Positions 59,877-64,000 of a stretch of 64,000 bases of DNA are shown one piece after another. Location: assembly GCA_963699545.1 (NCBI GenBank), contig CAVOUE010000006.1, forward strand, positions 320,001-384,000, in the 5' to 3' direction. The stretch comes from Nitrospirota bacterium. GTDB taxonomy: Bacteria; Nitrospirota; Thermodesulfovibrionia; Thermodesulfovibrionales; UBA9159. The notes beneath the pieces are model-generated. The model saw only the letters and a program-made list of their open reading frames with translations. It made no database searches and had not been told where the DNA came from. The position numbers and the translations under genes were made by a program. Each line of letters starts with the position of its first letter. Position 1 is the first letter of the stretch.

Positions 59877-59981
59877 GCACTATTAAACCATATCGGGGTG
59901 AAGGCTGTCAACGTGTGCCGGCCTTATCCCCATTCAGACCATTCCGGGCAACAATGACCGGCACGATTCGGTCAATCTTTC

Positions 59982-62201
59982 TTACTTCGACAGAGCCTTT
60001 TTTATGGCAAGAGCGATAGCCTGCCGTGAGAAAGGTTTTTGGACAAATCCGCAGGCCCCCTGCCTCACGAGATCGTCAATTCCGGCAAAGCCGTTCTGGC
60101 TGTAGCCGGAGCACAGCAAGACCTTAACTCCCTGATCAATGGTCTTCAGCGCCCGATATACCTCCTCTCCTCCCATTCCGGGCATGATCATATCAAGGAC
60201 GACCAGTGATATTGTATCCTTCATCTCCCTGAATGTTCTTATGCCGTTCCGCCCGTTCTCCTCAATCAGTACTGTATAGCCAAGGGGCTCAAGCATGTCC
60301 CTGCACAAATCTCTGATATCGGATTCGTCATCGATCACGAGGATGGTCCCTGTACCCCTGATGTCTTCCCTATCCTGTGTCTCACCGTTATCCGCACTCT
60401 TTGCAGCGGGAAGATATATGTTGAACTGTGTCCCTTTGTGCGGTTCGCTGTAGAGGTTGATATACCCTCCATGGTTGCTTATGATCGAATTGACGATGTA
60501 GAGCCCCAGTCCCGTGCCCTCGCCCATACCCTTTGTGGTAAAAAAGGGATCAAAGACCTTTCCCTGTATTTTTCTGTCAATGCCCATGCCGGTATCAGAA
60601 ATGGAGAGCTTCACAAACTCACGCCCCTCCCAGGGCGCGGCATCATCGGTCCCGCTCTCCCTGCCGACCGCTGCTGTCTCGATGGACAGCCTGCCCCCTT
60701 TGGGCATGGCGTCGCGGGCATTCACGACGAGGTTCATGATCACCTGCTCGAGTTGCGACGTATCCGCCATAATGGGCGGGATCTCATCTCTGAGGTGTGT
60801 CACGATCTCTATGTTCTTGGGGATGCTCCCCAGAAGCAGTTCCATCGAGTTCTTCACGATATCGTTGATGTTTACCGCCGTTGTTTGTATCTTCTCTTTC
60901 CTTGTGATCGAGAGGACCTTTTTCCCGAAATCTGCTCCCCTCGTTGCGGCCTCATATATTATTGTCGCAGGCTTGTAGAAAGGATCCCCTTCCTTCGCTT
61001 TCGTCAGAATGATCTCGGAATAGCCAAGTATCGCCGTCAGGAGGTTATTGAATTCATGCGCCATTCCTCCCGCAAGGGTCCCGACGGCTTCCATCTTCTG
61101 GGCCCTGATCAGCCTTTCTTCGAGCCTCTTTTTCTCCGTGATGTCGATGATGTATCCGTCGAAGCCCGATAGGGTGCCGTCGTTCTCCCTTTCGGGGTAT
61201 AAGGCCAGGGATATAACAAGCTCTTCCCTGTTCTTCCCGACAGCGTTCTCTTCGATATGCAGTCCCTTTGTTTGGGAAGCTGCTTTCCCCAGGCACTCAG
61301 CGGTATCCTCATGTCCCATCAATATCTCACAGAGCTGAGTCACATTGCCGAAGAGCGTTTTGAATCTGCTGTTGGTCTCTACGATAGAGCCCTTGCTGTC
61401 AAGCTTGAAAATAGCATGCTCGACCCTGTCAAACAGGGATCGTATCCGTCTGTCCGATTCTACAAGCTTTTCTTCCTTCTCCTTGATCGACCCGCACATC
61501 CGGTTAAACTCCAGGGAGAGCTCCCGGAACTCGTCCGCTGATTTGCCTGGCATTCCGGCAATATCGGGCATCGTGCCGTCCTTAAACAGCGAGACCGATC
61601 GGTGAAGGGCCATCAGGGGTCTCATCACGAGACGTCTCATAAGGATGTTGAGAGAAATAATCGCGAGAAGCGTGATAATCGCGGAGACGGCGATGCTCGT
61701 GAGGACGATCTGCCGCAGTTCCTCCTTTATGCCGGCAGAGGACAGGATAATCCTTGCAAACCCTACGATTACGGGAGGCGCGGTATCTGAGGCCTTGAAG
61801 GATATGGGAGTATAGAAATCATAGCCGCCGTTTGTCTTCAGATAGAGAGGAGCTGCGGATTTCCTGAAATGGGCAACGGCCCCGGGGAGGGGCTGCTCTT
61901 TCAATTGCCTTACGGGATACGCGTCGAGAGCATCCCAGATGTTGGAATAGACCTGCGCAAGGGTCACATCCGGCGCCTGAACGATAGAGGATGCCTTCTT
62001 CAAAAGGTCAAGGTTTTCGTTGATAAGCCCCTCCCCTGCGGCCTGGGAGAGCGCATAGCTCAACGTCACACCCCTCGTGATTCTCCCCGTTTCTGCACTC
62101 TGCCTGTACACCGTCGCAAAAAGATAGGTGCTTATGACACTGGTCCCGACAATGATCAGCGCGATAAAGATCGAGACCCTTGTCTGCAAAGATAGTTTCA
62201 T
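59982..62201 (-). CDS. Membrane hybrid histidine kinase (sensor-HAMP-PAS-HisKA-HATPase-REC)
   Basis: GTLAGGMAHEFNNLL, NLVVNARDAM, DTGMG, FDPFFTTK, GTGLGL; receiver LVIDDE...LDMIMP...VQKP. Confidence 0.94.
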   Translation of the reverse strand: MKLSLQTRVSIFIALIIVGTSVISTYLFATVYRQSAETGRITRGVTLSYALSQAAGEGLINENLDLLKKASSIVQAPDVTLAQVYSNIWDALDAYPVRQLKEQPLPGAVAHFRKSAAPLYLKTNGGYDFYTPISFKASDTAPPVIVGFARIILSSAGIKEELRQIVLTSIAVSAIITLLAIISLNILMRRLVMRPLMALHRSVSLFKDGTMPDIAGMPGKSADEFRELSLEFNRMCGSIKEKEEKLVESDRRIRSLFDRVEHAIFKLDSKGSIVETNSRFKTLFGNVTQLCEILMGHEDTAECLGKAASQTKGLHIEENAVGKNREELVISLALYPERENDGTLSGFDGYIIDITEKKRLEERLIRAQKMEAVGTLAGGMAHEFNNLLTAILGYSEIILTKAKEGDPFYKPATIIYEAATRGADFGKKVLSITRKEKIQTTAVNINDIVKNSMELLLGSIPKNIEIVTHLRDEIPPIMADTSQLEQVIMNLVVNARDAMPKGGRLSIETAAVGRESGTDDAAPWEGREFVKLSISDTGMGIDRKIQGKVFDPFFTTKGMGEGTGLGLYIVNSIISNHGGYINLYSEPHKGTQFNIYLPAAKSADNGETQDREDIRGTGTILVIDDESDIRDLCRDMLEPLGYTVLIEENGRNGIRTFREMKDTISLVVLDMIMPGMGGEEVYRALKTIDQGVKVLLCSGYSQNGFAGIDDLVRQGACGFVQKPFSRQAIALAIKKALSK

Positions 62202-63028
62202 TTCATATCGAGAAGCGAAACAACACCCTGCGACCTGATAAATGTCTGTCCTTCCTTACTCAGCGCGAAATCAACGAACCTCGTCACAGCGGGTTTGCTC
62301 TGCCTTGGAACCAGGATGAACAGCGGTCTTTTCAACGGGTACTTGCCCTGCACTATGTTCTTCACCGACGGAGATACCCCATCCACCTTCAGCATCCTGA
62401 CCTCACGTTTTCTGGCGCTTGTGAAACCCGTTGTCGCAAATCCTTCGGGCGTATTTTCGACCATCTGCTCAACGATGCCTGTCGAGGCGACGACAAAGGT
62501 ATTCGGGGTCTCGGCCGGGTTCTTCCCTTCCAAGATCATCTGCCGGGTAGATGCTTCGACGCCGGAGAGACCTTGTCTCGGTCGGGAGACGAATAGCTTG
62601 ATCGCCATATCGCCGCCTTTCAATTCCTTCCAGTTGGTCATCCGGCCCGCATATATCGCCCTGGCATTTTCAAGCGACATGTTTCTCACAGGGTTCGATT
62701 TATGGACAATAAAGACCAGCGCATCCCATGCGACCTGTATGAAGTCCACATCATTGGGGTCGCCTTTCTCTCTGGATCTGCAGCTCGCCGCGAAGTCCAC
62801 TTTGCCGCTCCGCAAATCCTCGATGCCCACCACACTGCCTCCACCCCGGACAAAGACCTTGACACCGCTTCGCCTCTCATATTCCTTTGCGAGTTCCGTA
62901 AGATACCCGATATTGCTCACAGAGCATCCGCTCGCGGTAAGATAATCCGCAGAAAACGACAGGGGTGTTTCGACAAGGGAGACCGAGAGGAAGAGGAAAA
63001 AAGCTACCTTACTTAACCCTCTTTTCAT
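62198..63028 (-). CDS. PstS-like periplasmic substrate-binding protein
   Basis: Signal peptide; GGGSVVGI, VAWDALVFIVH, GRMTNWKELKG and GKYPLKRPLF motifs; ATGA overlap with the kinase. Confidence 0.85.
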   Translation of the reverse strand: MKRGLSKVAFFLFLSVSLVETPLSFSADYLTASGCSVSNIGYLTELAKEYERRSGVKVFVRGGGSVVGIEDLRSGKVDFAASCRSREKGDPNDVDFIQVAWDALVFIVHKSNPVRNMSLENARAIYAGRMTNWKELKGGDMAIKLFVSRPRQGLSGVEASTRQMILEGKNPAETPNTFVVASTGIVEQMVENTPEGFATTGFTSARKREVRMLKVDGVSPSVKNIVQGKYPLKRPLFILVPRQSKPAVTRFVDFALSKEGQTFIRSQGVVSLLDMK

Positions 63029-63144
63029 ATTCCTGCATTCTCGCATCAAATACCGGTTTGAAAAACGAACCTCTTAAGGTCCATTTGATAGCTATTGTAA
63101 CAGATTAGGAAATTTTGCTCCATATTTCATGATGTTGCGGCCGT

Positions 63145-64000
63145 TTAGCTTTTCTCCTCTTCCCGGTCTTCTTCGTCTTCGTCCTTATATTCTCTCTTCT
63201 TCTTAAGAACCCTGAAAAAGCCGAAGATCGTTATCAGGGCGGCACACAGGAACAGTATCTCGTAAAGGTAGTCGCCGAGAGAGGAAAGCCACCAGGTTCT
63301 TCCTGCGAGAGACGATCTCCATCGCTTTTCAAGTTCATCGAGAGATATCAGAAGGCTTTCCAGGACCGCATTGTCGAGAGTATCGCCCCTGCCCATCTGC
63401 TCCAATATCCGTTGCAGCCCGGGAACACCGAACTCTTTTTTTATATATTCGACAATGCTTCTGCTTTCTTCATAGGCGAGGAGAAGGTCTCTTCCGTCAG
63501 CGGGAAATCTTTCCGTTAAGCTTTCGACGCTCATGAGACGGTTTGAGAGGACAGCCTCCCGGAGAATTGACCGGTTGCCCTCGATCATTATCTCAGATAG
63601 ACCGCCTGTCACCCACTGACATATCCCTTCATCAAGCCAGCGCGGGAGTTTCCCCCCGGCGATATGGTGATGAAGCTCAAGGTGACACAATTCATGTTTC
63701 AAGGTTGTCCCAAGGGTAAAGGGGTGCACATTCATTCGGGAGTAATCGATCACGATAACATCCTGTTGAGGGACCGCAAGGGCTGTGACAAGGTCGCTTT
63801 CGACGCTCTTCCTGAAGGAGGCACTCTCCTTCACCAACACGATCTCGGGACGGAGATCCGACTCCCATCCAAGGTCTCTCATCAGGTCTGCACGGATCCC
63901 GGGATATGCCTTCAGGACCTCCGTTGCTGCGTTTTCAAGCGGGCCGTCGAATCGGACGACAACCCTCTCATCTTCAAGCGTATATTTTTCAGCGTACGAG
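63145..64000 (-). CDS. Peptidase MA-like zinc metalloprotease with C-terminal TM; 5' end beyond the window
   Basis: LKHELCH (HExxH), PRWLDEG and LAYEES motifs. Confidence 0.82.
   Translation of the reverse strand, partial: SYAEKYTLEDERVVVRFDGPLENAATEVLKAYPGIRADLMRDLGWESDLRPEIVLVKESASFRKSVESDLVTALAVPQQDVIVIDYSRMNVHPFTLGTTLKHELCHLELHHHIAGGKLPRWLDEGICQWVTGGLSEIMIEGNRSILREAVLSNRLMSVESLTERFPADGRDLLLAYEESRSIVEYIKKEFGVPGLQRILEQMGRGDTLDNAVLESLLISLDELEKRWRSSLAGRTWWLSSLGDYLYEILFLCAALITIFGFFRVLKKKREYKDEDEEDREEEKS

Noticed and set aside
1-64000. CRISPR arrays, rRNA/tRNA genes, DGR or retron reverse transcriptase
   Set aside because: No regularly spaced 25-40 bp repeats, RNA gene signatures or RT motifs found by eye.

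Overview
Bacterial chromosomal segment. Gene content (futalosine MqnA, single-chain PFOR, Rieske/cytochrome b plus multiheme cytochrome c, split atp and mla loci) suggests an anaerobic Nitrospirota (Thermodesulfovibrionia)-like or deltaproteobacterial-like organism; this taxonomy is inference. Core content, left to right: GT-C glycosyltransferase (partial), a CbcVWX-like Rieske/cyt b/pentaheme complex, mlaA and mlaEFDC, torD-atpZ-atpI, csp, a diguanylate cyclase, a dcw cluster (mraZ to ftsZ, with an extra S11 carboxypeptidase), mqnA, an S1 protein, PFOR flanked by two ferritin-like genes, an AsmA/YdbH-like module, the pyrR-pyrB-pyrC-carA-carB operon with a PyrR attenuator, and a PstS-like protein/hybrid kinase pair. 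Accessory content: a defence islet at 33.5-36.7 kb (BrnT/CopG-type TA, 5'-truncated BREX-2 PglX, and a HigB-HigA-SecB toxin-antitoxin-chaperone module) and a RHH/PIN TA at 50.4-51.1 kb. The most unusual signal is a set of tiny repeat elements (degenerate 7-, 8- and 9-mer tandem tracts and GC-rich palindromes, one apparently nested). They lie in frame within loops of housekeeping enzymes (Ddl, MurD, S11 peptidase, CarA, CarB, PyrC) and at junctions of accessory genes. Single-base indels split several essential genes (murC, murG, carB, pyrB, pyrC, PFOR) and look like long-read consensus errors. No rRNA, tRNA, CRISPR array, integrase or transposase was seen.
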